This document shows positions 25,130 to 38,799 of a stretch of DNA of 64,000 nucleotides, one piece after another. Under the pieces are notes generated by a model. That model was not told where the DNA came from, did not search any database, and was given only the letters and a program-made list of their open reading frames with translations. The DNA comes from Vairimorpha necatrix (Eukaryota), in the NCBI GenBank assembly GCA_036630325.1, contig CP142728.1:310001-374000 (forward strand). Reading direction: 5' to 3'. Positions within the stretch are counted from its first letter, which is position 1. Every line of letters starts with the position of its first letter. Made by a program: the position numbers and the translations under genes.

Positions 25130-26802
25130 GCCAGAAATAAACTGTTACGAGATTAAGTTCATTTATTAATAAAATTGTATATTTCTTAATCGTTTTTATT
25201 TATACAATTGTAATTTAGTTATGCTAACATCCATTATCTATATGTTCAATAATTTTTCTTTTTTTACATTATAATGTGTAAAATGTGGAAAATTTAATCA
25301 GGTAAGTAAAATAAGGGCTTATTTAAAAAAAACTTTAATGTTTAGGTAGGTATTTTAATTATTGGTTATTGTATTGTTTATGTCTTAGTCCATCAAAAAC
25401 TAACCAATCATCTTTCGACAAATGGAAGTATTTGATTGGCTATTAAAACTACATAAAAACTTTCTCAAAAGAGGGGGTGGAAAATAATAATAAACAACTT
25501 GATAATTTATTTTACTCTTTTTGAGATTTTTTTTACCTTCCTGTTCTATCCTCTTTGAATTTTAAAATCAGGAATATTTTTATTTAAAGAGGACGTTAAT
25601 GAAAATGCTTCAAACATTTTATAAATCTAAAAAACTTCATAAGCTTTAACTCAAATTACTCATTACCATCACAGAACATCGGCTTATGAAAATTTGCTTG
25701 CATACAGAATCGATTTACCTTACTTAACAAGTATTTTTTAAACTTTTTATTTTACAGACCTCATATGTGAGATGAACATGAAATGGAATTTATAATGTGA
25801 TCCGATGTCCATTGCGGTTATATCTTCTTTTATAATATCAAAGTATATAAATATCTTTCTCAAATATCAATTTTCGAGTTTCGATTAATTCTATGGTTTA
25901 CTGAAGCATTGATATTTGCTTTAAAGTTTTTATATGGTCGAGGGCCTACTATATATTGCCTTTTTAAAAGATCAGATATTTTACAAACTTATTTAGATAC
26001 AAGATATAACAATGAGATTTTAACTATACGTAACATTTTTATAAACTTAAGGCTATAAGAATTGAAGATTATGTTAGTTTATTTTATCGTGTAACTCATA
26101 ACCACTCTATAAACGAACATCTAGGCTGTTAGATAAAATAATGTTTTTTTATTATGCACGATAAAATAACGTACAAAATGCTTTTATTAAAGTTTAAATT
26201 CTAATGTTCTCGAATATGATAAGTGATCTATCTTTAATCTATATAGGTATTATTAAAAAATTTATATAAATTTTTGACTATTTTTTTTAGGTTCATAATA
26301 TCTAGACTCTTCATTTTGTCTATTTTTTTAGAAATAATACTATTTACATAAAAAAAACAATAATTTTAAATATGTAATTTTTCATTTATTTTTTTATAAC
26401 TAAATCATTCAGTATAATTAGCATCGATTTGGAAATTACGAAAACCACCCCCCAATATCACTTCCAAGGCTGTTAAATAATCGCAAAATAAGTTAAAAAA
26501 GTTAAGTATAAATTTCTAGTGTTTTATCTCATCTTTTTCGATTTAATTATCGTTTTAAATGATTATCTTGTTTTATATTTTTATATTTTGTTTTTTGTGC
26601 TTCTAAATGTTTTTTTTTTCTTTTTTCAATAATTTCATATAAATCCAATTAAAATCAATAAAAATAAAACCACACGTTTAACAAAAACATCACCAAGTGA
26701 AAAAATTAATGCAATTGAGTTAAAAAGGCAAATATACTAACTGATTTTTACAATGTTTCAGCATTTTATTATATATTTATATCTAAAAACAATCCCCATA
26801 TC

Positions 26803-27751
26803 ATGTTTACATGTATATTTCTGATCGTCTGTATACAAAAAATTAAGCAAATAGACGAAAAAAATGTGTCGCAACTTTATATATCAGCAAAAAATGATCC
26901 TAAAGAAACTATATTTCATTCAAATATTAGTCGGCAAAATTGTTTACTAAAAAAGATGAAGACATATTCAAATTTAAACGAAATTTCTAACAAACAAGCA
27001 ACAGCACATGTTGTATCTTTAAAGCGCCTTTGAACCCATTGAACTACATATTCAACGAAAAAATTTTATAAGTACAAGAGAGATTCACTTTCTCAATTTA
27101 AGAAACAAAATACAAATGAAACTGCTAAAAATTATACTAATTGCAGATATTTAAATGAGATATAAAAAATGCGTATTGAAAAAAGGACGAAGAAAGACAA
27201 TCATATCATAAAAGATTTATTCGAAATAGATTCTGATAAGAGGAAAACGGAATATCTAAAATAATATAAACAAGAAAGAATATATGTGACCTTTTTTATA
27301 ATTTTAAGTCTAGCTTTAACCTGAATTTGGACAAAATCAAAATGATTATTAAGAAAGTTGTTAAAAATGAAAATCAAAAAATATTGTTATGCGGACAAAT
27401 TTTTTTTGAGCTTTTTTTTGATTATATAAACATTATACTCCCATGTAGCTTCAAAAGTTAACATTCAAGCCTTAAACTAATAATAAGATATAGTCGAATA
27501 CCCAAAATACTTAATACTTTATATTATAATTTTAAAATAGTACTTAATCTTGTAATTTTTGAAATACAATTAGAAACTACATGTAATTATTCATTGACTT
27601 TTCAACAGAGAAGGCCACTAACTATAATTTATGAAAAACTGCAACTTCCTTTTGCTGACCTGCAGCAAATTAGCCAGGATTGTTCCACTGTTGTGTCAAA
27701 TTTTAAATACTTAGAGAAAAATATGGGAGAAATAAAGTTAACCCACCTTGA
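26803..27751 (+). pseudogene. Pseudogene of the PxKKR secreted family (closest to 22792-23745)
   Basis: MFTCIFLIVC start after CCCC; nucleotide similarity to member 1 through ttgttgtgtcaaat; many stops and frameshifts; motif degenerated to LLKKMKT. Confidence 0.8.
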
Positions 27752-28135
27752 TTTCATTTAGATTAAAAATTAAAGTTTGTAATAAATAATATATACATTT
27801 GTAGTTTCATAAAAAATTTCCTATCTTTTTTAGTTAGAGCCAGAAATAGTTTGTCATTATTATTTTCAATAGAAATTATCTCTCACTCATTACATATTTT
27901 TGTTTCAAATCTCACTACTGAATTTTTAAACAAAATTTATACATTATTTTTATATTGTTAAAAAATCTTCCACATAATATAATTTTCTAACAAAATTTCA
28001 AACTAAAATTTATTGTAACTGTATTTTTTATATGACAACACGCTTGTAAGATTGAGCAAGTAAAAGTTTTTTATATTTCGCTGGATAAAAAAATATGATT
28101 AAATAAATGAATTTAATTAAGGTATGCCTATTGTA

Positions 28136-28350
28136 ATTTTTATTTATATAGTAACAAATATAGGTTCCGCGTTAGCGTCTCCCGCTTGTAATTGGCTTCT
28201 CGTCACCATAGTCATTTCCACATCGGCTTCGTCTCCTCTCCTTCGGTAGTCCAGAGAAATGCTTTCTAGCGTCTTCTTGACCGTGATCCTCTGGATGTAT
28301 GCTTCTACCTTCTTAGGGATTTCAAGTCTCAAATATGATTTAACATATTT
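28136..28350 (-). mobile_element. 3' fragment of a second RT/REL non-LTR family
   Basis: LEIPKKVEAYIQRITVKKTLESISLDYRRG resembles LRLEPRTEAYIQSRVLKMTLES at 57850-58155. Confidence 0.65.
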
Positions 28351-29547
28351 TACGATAAAATGCTTTTTAAATTGAGTGATAATGTAATTTTTTTTTAACA
28401 GATGTATAATTTTGAATTGGTTTCTAGACTCTTCAAATTAGAACACTCACTTTACCAGATATCAGGATTCTGAAGTTCGGCCAAGCATTCCTACAATTCT
28501 TTAAAAGTCTTATAGGTCCAGAATCAATCCCACGTACAACTACAATTATATGCATTCATGTGTATTTGTATTGAGTATACTAATAGTCCATTTTTATGTA
28601 TTTAAATTGAGAAAAAATTAAAATACATTGTATAATGTAATGTTAGATACTAGCGGAGTCAGTGAGGAAAAAAGCAAAGCAATGTGCATATGTGCATAGC
28701 AAAAAGTCTAGAGACGACACATGAATCGTAAATACTACTAGAATTACTCGATAATTCGAAATAATATTTTGAGTTAGCCAAAATGCATGCCACTTATCGT
28801 TTTTTGTTTAAGGTTCTATATCTTAAAACTGATAAAGAATTTATATAAATGTTTTTCGAAAATACAAAAGCTTTCTATTTAATAATTCACAAGAAATATA
28901 TTAACAAAGGAACTCATTTTAATAAAGTTTTATGAATATTTTTAATAAAATTTTACACTAGGAGTGTCTTCTAGAACACCAAAATTAAGACAATGTGTTT
29001 TAAAATTGTAGGAAGAAACTGTTAGTTGGTCTGAAAAGGTCATAAACATAAAAACAGAGTATTTCAAAATAACTGGGCATTATTAAGCACTATATAGTTA
29101 CATATATAAATACAAATAAAATGAAAAGATATTATAGAAGGAGCTGTAAATAGTGATTTTGGTTTTATTCGTTCAATTATCTTAGATAGCTTTCTAGTAT
29201 TTAATGTTCTTAATGCCTCAAATACAGCGGGTCTGCTAAAATATTTATAGAATATTGTATAGATTTTTACTGTCCTTTATGACAATCATTTTTCATAGTA
29301 AATGAATAAAATAATAATATAATACTAAAAAATTAGGTTTTAAGGAAAAACACTATCATATAAACGAAAGGCATAAGAAGCAAGTTCAACATATATTCTG
29401 CAAAAATACGTAACAAATGAAAAAAACATCGACTAGTATTTATATACGTAAACTCATTAACCAAAAATTTTAATATCCCTAATGTACCTTATTCAAATTA
29501 TAAGAATATTTTAAAAAGCAGATAAAGAATTGGAAAAAACAAAAATC

Positions 29548-30178
29548 GGTACATGACCATTTGGAACCGCTTTGAAAAATTCAAAAAAGGCAAAATATAA
29601 AAAAATTATAAAAAAAGAGACTTGACGATTTTTTTTAAATAATGAAAAAAGATAATTTATCCGTTGATTAATAAAAATTTGGAAGGCCCAGAGGAACTGT
29701 AAAAGGAACTCATAGTGTTCGTCTTTGTTTATGTCTAGATCGAATATCTCTTGTAGAAATGAGCCCAAACCAACTAAATTATTGGTATTGTGACTCTGAA
29801 TCCCTAAGGGAACGGCATTGATGGAGTGATTTATAGTACTGTGCTCCATCCCTTTGATTGTCTAATTTGGCCTCATATGCTGCCCATTGATTAGAGATCA
29901 TAATAGGAACAGATTATACATTATCTTGTATTATCTCAAGGAAAAGGCAGTATTTCTACTAGTTACAGAAACGTGCAAGGCGCAAGCCGATTCAACATCA
30001 AATGTTTCCAAAATAAAATTTTCTTTGTATTCCATGTATAAATACATTTCATCACTAAAAAGCTCATCTGCCTCAACAAACATTGTTTTTGCTAATTTTG
30101 CCATTTTTTTAAAGGGGGTTCGTTAAAATTTCAAAGCGGGTTCATTTTCCCAAAGCTGGAACAAAACGGTCATGTACC
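29548..30178 (-). mobile_element. Merlin/IS1595(ISXO2)-like DNA transposon, degenerate
   Basis: TIRs ggtacatgacc (29548-29558) and ggtcatgtacc (30168-30178). Flanks CAAAAATC/TAAAAATC form an 8-bp TSD with 1 mismatch. Minus-strand remnants from ATG 30104: VEADE, ISNQWAAY, HSTINHS, HNTNNL.G, LQFLW. Confidence 0.78.
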
Positions 30179-30387
30179 TAAAAATCTATTCAATGGATGT
30201 AAAATGCCAATCAAGAACATCTTTGGCAATTCAATAAAAAATTAAAATGAATTTTGTATGTTTAAAATTAAATAAATTGTATTGATCCCATTTTAAAAAT
30301 GATTAGTTTCGAAGAAAAATGACCAAAAAACATATGTCACATTATTTTTTATAATTTAGCCAGTAAAGAATAAAATATTTTAATATA

Positions 30388-33300
30388 TGTAGGGTTTAGA
30401 ACCCTTAATAAATAAATGGTTAACATGGCGAACACAAGGATGAACAGGGAAACAAGAGAGTCCCGTAGTCAAGAGGCTAGAACATTAGAGAAAGAGGCAA
30501 TTAGGATAGATAAGAGACTAAAGTTGATATTGAAAGTTGAGTGGAAAGATGTTATGGATTTGGCATCTGCGAACTTGCAGGATTATATTTTTGAAAATTT
30601 TTGTGACGGAAGGAGCAGTTGGGAGGAAATTTATAAAGGCTTACAAAAAGGAGCAGAATTTGAGAGAGAGTCAGAAGAAAGACAAGAAATGATTAAAGAG
30701 ATTATGGATAAAGTGTTGAAAGAGTTTAGGGAAGAAAGAAAAGAAAATCTTAGGATGTATAGGAAAAGAAGAGAAATCAGAGAAACTACAAAATGTTTTA
30801 TATGTAAGAAAGAAGGGCATTACGCTAGAGAATGTCATGAAAGTGTAGCTGGTAGGGAAAAATATAAAATTAAAAAGGAACAAGTTTTACAGAAAGAACC
30901 AATTATCAACAATGAAGGGAAAAGATGTAAAACAGTAAATAAGTTAGAAAATTTAATTGAAAAGTATCCGGAAGTTTTTAAAGAATCAGAAGAAAAGATA
31001 AAATATCTCACAGGAGAGAAGTGTCCAATAAATACTAAGCAAGGTGAAAAGGTTGTGAAAAGAGGGCAGAATGTGCCATACTACCTTAGGGTGAAATTTG
31101 AGGAGTACTTGAATAAGTTGGAAAATAGAGGGGTTATAAGACGTTCCAAAAGTGAGTGGAGGAGTCCAATAAGAGCACTTGAAAAACCAAATGGGGACGT
31201 AAGATTGGTAAGCAATTTGATGGCGTTAAACGATTTGGTTGACAAGGACCCGACTCACTACCGTTAATTAAGGATATTATGAGAGCCACACAGGGGTCAA
31301 AAGTATTTACGGTTATCGACTTAAAAGAAGGGTTTTATCATATTGAGATTGAGGAGCACCATAAGCACAAAACAGCATTTGAAGTGAATAGTCGAGTATA
31401 CGAATGGAATAGTATGGTTATGGGGTTTAAGAATTCGCCTCATATAATGCAGAGAGTAATGAACAGAGTTTTAGATGAATTCAGAGGTAAAGGCGTGGAA
31501 GTATATATGGATGATATAGTTATTCATGGTAAAGACGTAAGAGTGCATGACGAGCTACTAGAGAGGGTAATTAAAAAGTTTAAAGAGTGTGGGTTGAGAA
31601 TAAACCAAACAAAGATACAATACAAAAAAGATGAGGTGATGTTGCTGGGAGTAACAATTAATGGGGAGGTCATGGGACCGAATGAGATAAAAAGCAGGAG
31701 ACATTGGAATATAGAAAACCTGAGAATGTTAGAGAGTTAAGAAGATTTTTAGGACTAACTGGTTGGTTTAGAACTTTATTCCCAACTATGCGTATAGAAC
31801 AGTAAGGCTTACTGAGGCTTTAAAGAAAGATGTTAAGTGGAATTGGACGGAGGATATGGAAAGAGCCTTTGAGGATATGAAGCAAGGCTTGAGAGATATG
31901 AAAAAGTTGAAGATTCCGGACGGAAAAAAGCTATTTAGAGTAAGAACTGATGCGTGTGATACGGGGATCGGAGCAATTCTATTACAAGAAAATAAAGAGG
32001 GTGAGTGGATTCCGATACAATGGGCATCGAAAATGTTGACTCCTACCGAGCGAAGATATACGATAAGTGAGAAGGAGATGTTGGCGGTGTTTTTGGAATA
32101 AAGAAGTTTGAAAGTGATTTGAGAGGAAGGAAATTTCATTTGATGACGGATCATAAAGCATTAGCAGAGATCAGAAATAAGCCATACTTCAATAATAACA
32201 GAATAAAAAGATGGGTAGAACAGATACAAGAGTTTGACTTTACAATAGAGTATGTGAAAGGGGAGTTGATGACAGATGCAGATGCGTTAAGTAGGCAGTA
32301 TGATCAGGTAGAAGTTTCGGATGAACAAAAAGAAAAGGACAACAAGAGAAAAGAAGTGATCGAAAAACAAATTTTGGGAAAAAAGCAGAAACATATTAAA
32401 GAAAAGGACGGTAAACAGTATTGGGAATTTTCCACAGGTGAGGTGAAAGAGATATTGAGCCTAGATAGTAGAGAACATGAAATAACAAGAGTACATGAGG
32501 AGTTAAACCATAGAGGTGTCAAAGGCACTTATTATAACATTAAACAAAGATGGTATTGGCCTGGTATGAAAGATCATATTAATAAGGTAATTAAGAATTG
32601 TGAAATATGTGGGATTAACAATAGGAAAAACACAGGAGGATGTGATTTCGTAGTAACTAGAAAGAAATTGGAGAAAGTGGCGTTGGATTTAATGGACATA
32701 GGTGGAGAGAATAGGTATGTGTTACTGGGTATTGATTACTTTACTAGAAGGTTGTGGGTTCGAATTTGAGATGTAAAGAGAGTAGTGAAGTTATAGAGGT
32801 ATTACAAAAGTGGATAAGGGAAGATGGATTTCCAGAGGAATATGTGACAGACAACGGAAAAGAGTTTGTAAGTAATAGATTTAAAGAATGGTGTAGTATT
32901 AATGATATTAAACATAGGAAAGTGGGCTTAGAAGCTCATAGGAGTAATGGTAGAATCGAGAGATGCATCAGAACTATAAGAGAGACATTGATAAAGCAAA
33001 ATGATGGGAATATTTCTGAAAAGATAGAAAGAGCAATCAAAGGATATAATAATACACTACATACAGCAATAAAATGTACGCCGATGGAAGCGTGGAGAGA
33101 TCAAACTGCTGAAGTTATAATTGAAAATGATGAAAATGGAAAATATGCTGGTCGGTTCAAGAGAAGACACAGAGAGACATTTACAGTAGGCCAAGAGGTA
33201 AGAATCGCTAGGAGAGAAAATTTAGGTACACGTGCGAAAACAGACAAGGGAAGATTCACGGGTCGCGGAAGGATCGTAGCTATAAGTGAAAATGATTCAT

Positions 33301-33447
33301 ATATTGTGAGACTACTGGATGGTAAAATTGTTAAAAAGAGGCATTATGATTTGAAAGAGATAAGGAAGAGTTGTTTAGAAGATGGAGAGACTACCCGTCT
33401 GGAGGGGGATGTAGGGTTTAGAACCCTTAATAAATAAATGGTTAACA
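30388..33447 (+). mobile_element. Ty3/gypsy LTR retrotransposon with 38-bp LTRs; pol frameshifted
   Basis: Identical LTRs TGTAGGGTTTAGAACCCTTAATAAATAAATGGTTAACA at 30388-30425 and 33410-33447. PBS TGGCGAACAC, PPT GGAGGGGGA, TSD ATATA. Confidence 0.95.
30416..33437 (+). pseudogene. gag-pol polyprotein (CCHC knuckle, RT, RNase H, integrase) split by ~5 frameshifts
   Basis: CFICKKEGHYAREC; IDLKEGFYH; VYMDDIVI; RTDACDTGIGAIL; TDHKAL; HEELNH...CEIC; TDNGKEF; SNGRIER. Confidence 0.9.
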
Positions 33448-36209
33448 ATATATATATAATTTAATTGGAATCTAAATGTTAAAAACGAAATAAAGATTTT
33501 ATTGACTTAAAATAAATTTGGTACATGATGTATAATGTTACTTGCTTTCTTATTTTTACAATTTTAATTTTATAGGAAAAGAGTTAAAATATAAACATGA
33601 ATTTAAATAAGGGACACGTTTAAATAAGCAATAATTTAAAACCATAAATACATTAAGAATTCATGCCAACGAGGACAAATTAACTATAATTAAATATGAA
33701 ATTCTCATTAATTTTTATTTAAATTCTTCATTTTTTCATTTGAGCAGCAGCCAAGTTGTTATTTTAATTATATTATTAATTATTTTTTTAGTAATATCAC
33801 AAAAAAAATGAAGATTCTAGTTGTAATAGTTTAAAATCGATAAAACATTGTATCATATTTGTACTTTTACCTTAATGCTGTCAGTACAAATATCCTAATC
33901 TTCTTGATTTTTTTTTTAAAAATAGTGTCATTTTTCATATTGGTTGATTTATGTACTTTTTGTAGCTTAAAATAAAATAATCGATTAATTTAGCAAAATA
34001 TTATGCAGTATGTCTATATTTTCATACTTACAAACAAAAGAAAATTTATATATTTAATTAATGAAATGTATTTATCCGCTAAGTAAAATTACCTTTGAGT
34101 CCAAAAAAAATAAATTATTGTGTTATGTGTCTAAAATGAATCTAGTTCTGTTTTAGATCGAATAATACATGCATAGTATGACAAAAATAATTGTAAAATT
34201 AATTTTATGATTTTCTAGACTTTTTTTCCTCTTAATTACTCAAATATCTAATAAAAAATTTTGCGATTAATTTATTTCTAGAATTTAGTTCGCACTTAAT
34301 TAGAAAACGCTCCTAAAAATGTTTTATGGTTTATATGTTATGCAGGATTGTCGATTTGTCTTCTTTTGTACTAATTTATAGTTTATAACTTAAAACATAC
34401 AACCTTTTGTCTATGTAGAGCTTTATTATTTCTTATTTCTTTTTTGTACAAATTAATTTAATTGTTGTAGTTATGGTAATTTTGACATCAAGTATTAAGG
34501 CAAAAGTATTTAAAGTATACATAGCACATTTTGATCTTATAACAAAATTTATACTTAACTATGCATTATATTCTTGCCATTAGTTTTGAGTTTATAACAA
34601 ATTTCAAAAAATTAATTATATAGTTATAATTAAAAAAATAAAAAGAATATATTATTATAATCTATAGCATTTAGATCTGATATAATTAGAACATTGCAAA
34701 TTATTTAAGTAATAGCAAATTAATAGCTTTTTTGTATAAGGAAATAGATTAAAAAAGCTATAAGATGCTGCTATCCGGCGTCTTTTAGCTCAACTTGTGA
34801 ATTAGATTATTTGTTTCTTTTTAGCTCTTATTTTAATTATTTCTTTTTTTATAAGGTAGTGTTTGTTTTAGTTAGTAAACAGAAAAAAAAATTGCTTCTA
34901 TTATCTCTGCATCGTTATCTTTGTAGTACTTTTTTGTAATATATTATTAGGTAAAAATTTCAAAAATCCTTATTTTGTTTTTTGCTATAAATGTTGACAC
35001 TAAAGTGTTTATACAAACTTCATATTACTTTAATATTTGAGGGTTCTATACAAAACTTACGTTAAATGTTAACGTTATTTTTAATAGAATAACTTGTTTG
35101 CCAAAAAAAATTGTTTGATTCCAAGTTAAATTTGATGTTGACAATTTCAGTTGGCTTATTTAGCCACTATCTGTATCTTAGCATATCTAGCACGTCTTGA
35201 AATGTGATCCAACGTAATTTGCTATAACTCTGACGTGATGATCAAATAATAACAAATCATCCTGCGATTCCTGGGCTTATTTTTTAACATGTTGCCTTTT
35301 TTTATTTAATTAAGTTTTATAAAAAGAACATTATAATATTTTAAAAAGGCTTTTCGAGTATATATTTCAATCGAAAAATTTCATTATTCTGTGCTGACAG
35401 TTAACATATATAATCACTGCCTAAACTCTTCCTTTGTTAATATAAACTGCAAATTCATGTTTCAAAAAAAATTGATAAAATTCATATGAATATTTTTATT
35501 TGTATTAAATACTGACAATCTTACTATAACTGAATAATTATATTATGTTTATTTGTCGATAACATCTTTGTAATTGGGATTCCTATTTTCAGAATTTTAG
35601 GATAGATGTAATATCGTAAGGAGAGTTGTGGAATATCCTACACATTGCGCTAATTTCAGAGCTTTTATATTCATTTGCACTCTTTTTTACACTGCTCTGT
35701 ATTTCTTTAATATTACAACACTAATTACAAATGCTATTTAATTTTTACTCCAGAATATAGAGCTGTTAGAAATAGATGTGTATTTATCATGAAAATTTAA
35801 TTTTAATAATATATATAATTTTAATTTAATTTAAAATAAACTGTTAAAGAACTTTTTTTACTTTCTATTTATTTTTATAAATTAGATCATGTCATACTCC
35901 GATTTCGAACTTGTGATCATTAAATAAATTTGTTAATTACATATAAATTAATAAGTAATTAATTATTAAAAATTTAAAAATCGATTAGCTTTTACTTATA
36001 AAAAAATAAGTGGTTACTTCAAAATAAGTTGTATGAATGCATTATCTAAAAAACCATTTATTTTTATATTTTCAATTAACAACTTTCTCTTTTAAAAATA
36101 TGTTGTATTTTAATTAGATTAATCGTAAGTTTGGTCCAAAGTTATTGTTGCTACATTGTAAATACTTAGAGTAAAAAGTAACGAGATGGATGTGTTTTCC
36201 ACCCATAAA

Positions 36210-37244
36210 ATGATTTTAATATTGGATCTTATCACTTGTGCTCATTCAAATATAGAAGAATACATTGATAATTGCGGCCATGAGACTAAACAAATAAACA
36301 ATAAAAATATAAGTTCTCTACAAAGAGCATTTGATTCTGAACAATTTGATGAACACGAAAATAAACCCTATGCAAATTTTACAAAAATAGATGACAACTA
36401 TAATTTAACTACTACTGCATCAAATAACATTGTTGATTTATACTACGACGATTACGATTTGAATTTGTTGAAAAAAGAAGTTGAAATATATTGTGGTAAT
36501 GATGACAAAGATCAAAACATTGAGTTAAACACAATTATCTTACAACCAATTCAGTTTTTAGATATAGAAATTGAAAAAATAAAAACAGAGGAAGAATCTA
36601 AAAAGGTATTTACATTAAAACAAAATCAAACTTCTGATATTTTATTTGATTTTACACCAATAATAACAAATATATTTGCGTGTGAAAAAAAAATTCAAAA
36701 TTTTATCGAAAAAATAAAAAACGGCATAAATCTAGAAAAGGAAAGAAATCCTTCATTTATAGAAAATAGTAACACTAATTTACATATTAAAAAATATTAT
36801 GCAGCACTTAGACAACTAAAAGTCAAAGATTTATATAAATTGAAGAAAATACAAGTGCCTCTGATTAAAAAGAAAACAAGGGAATTATGCGTGCCGCTTG
36901 ATGTTCGAAACATAATATTCGAGTTTTTGAAAATTCTTGAATCTTTTCTATCAGTTTATGATATGAAAATGAAATTACATAAAAATTTATCAAATGCACA
37001 AAGAATAAATGTTCATAATTTCAATATAAATATATTTTCTTTATTCCCTTCTGTGCCAATGATAGAAACTTTAGAATTAATGGATGATAACCTGAGAACA
37101 TATAAATATGAAAATATTTATATGCGGATTCAAGTAAATGCAATTTTGTACTTGATAAAGACAAAATTATTTAAACTATCATCAATATCAGACAAAGCCG
37201 TAGAAATCTATAAAAAATTAAATCTGATCTATAATAAATACTAA
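36210..37244 (+). CDS. Lineage-specific putative secreted protein
   Basis: Long ORF; CCC precedes ATG 36210; short signal-like MILILDLITCAHS; no recognisable domain. Confidence 0.7.
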   Translation: MILILDLITCAHSNIEEYIDNCGHETKQINNKNISSLQRAFDSEQFDEHENKPYANFTKIDDNYNLTTTASNNIVDLYYDDYDLNLLKKEVEIYCGNDDKDQNIELNTIILQPIQFLDIEIEKIKTEEESKKVFTLKQNQTSDILFDFTPIITNIFACEKKIQNFIEKIKNGINLEKERNPSFIENSNTNLHIKKYYAALRQLKVKDLYKLKKIQVPLIKKKTRELCVPLDVRNIIFEFLKILESFLSVYDMKMKLHKNLSNAQRINVHNFNINIFSLFPSVPMIETLELMDDNLRTYKYENIYMRIQVNAILYLIKTKLFKLSSISDKAVEIYKKLNLIYNKY

Positions 37245-38799
37245 GTACCCTTTTTAATCATTTTAATCAATAAGTCAATAATGTATTTTATATGTAAAAA
37301 TTCGACTGCTACCCATTTCATAAATTTTATTATAATATTACAGTTTTTCAATATAATTTTAAATGAAAAATGCAGCTTGTTGGTGTAAAACATTTAATTC
37401 TTGTTTATTTTCTCTATTTTTTATTAGGTAGTATTATAACTTGTTCTTTTTGTCCTTTGTTTTGCATATATATTATAATAGTTTTGTAAATTTTGTTAAT
37501 ATACTTAAAAGAAGGTAGTGATTAAACTCGCTTTACAAAAAAGTGCTTATGATATTTTATCTTTAAATTATAACACTGTTATTGTCCATTTTAATTTGTT
37601 AATAACGTTATTAACTTACAAAAATTTATTGTTTTTTAATATATCGCAATTTTAGTTGTCCATTGTTTGTATCATATAAAAAAAATATTTCTGATAATAT
37701 CGGAGTTGGTCTATGATCAAAATAAAATTAAAGATCCAGAAAACTATATTTGGACTTATAATAGAAACATTAAAAAAAGTTTTTTTATCGTAGAAACACA
37801 TCTTTAAATCATAAATTCAGATATGATCAATAATACTGAACAAACAAGAAATTGGAAATTTTTTTTGGTTTGAAGTGAGTAATATACAACGTGATTGAAT
37901 GGTTTCAAATTTTGTTTCTTATATAAAATAAAAATAATTTTATGCTCTTTAGCAAATAGTAGAATTTTTATGGATTATTAATTGTTTTTGTTTTATTCTC
38001 CATTTAATTGATTTTTTTTAAAGCATCAAAAATAATTTAATCTTTTCAGTTTTTTGTTTCGATTATATTTCCTCTCCATATCATAAGTTACAATAAATCG
38101 TTAGGATAAGAAATCATTAGATTTATGTTTTTCGTTGGTCCTTTTCTTTAAGATTAGGTGAAATGTCGATATATTGTCCGACATTTCAATAAAGCAAAAA
38201 TTAATGCGCAATTACTAATTGTAAAAATATGCTAAAGATAATTTCAGTTAATTATATGAGATAAAAATTACAAATAATGTTTGAATATAAGTAATATGTT
38301 GTGTTTCAAAACAAAATAACATGGCTCCTGTCAAGAATTAGAACTAGTTTAGTTTTAAAACCATTAAATATTTTTTAATTTTATATTATCTTGAATTAAT
38401 AAAAAAACATTTGAAACGAATAAAATAAGATTATAGTAACATGGAAAAGTTTTAGTTGAACATGATAATGTTCTTCTTTGGGGCATTTAAATTTTTTTTG
38501 AAAATTTTAAGGGTTGGAAAAAAACACAAAAATAATTGCGATGTTGTTTTTGTGAACCCGATATGATACCTAAGATTACTATTTTTTTAAAAAAAAGTTT
38601 ATATACAAATACCATAAATAAACTTGTCATTAATAACAAAACAACTATTATTCTATCAAATATGTTTTTAAAAAATTTTAATTTATGATTTTAATACGCA
38701 ATTTTTAGCTTATCATATTTTTACGGAATCATTTTATTTTATACAATAGATGCACGAAGATAATTTCATGCCAAGGAAAAATTATTGTAATATAAAGCG

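Noticed and set aside
35150-35290. hAT transposase remnant (RWITFQDVL resembling RWNS) on the minus strand
   Set aside because: Single weak motif with no TIRs or further support.
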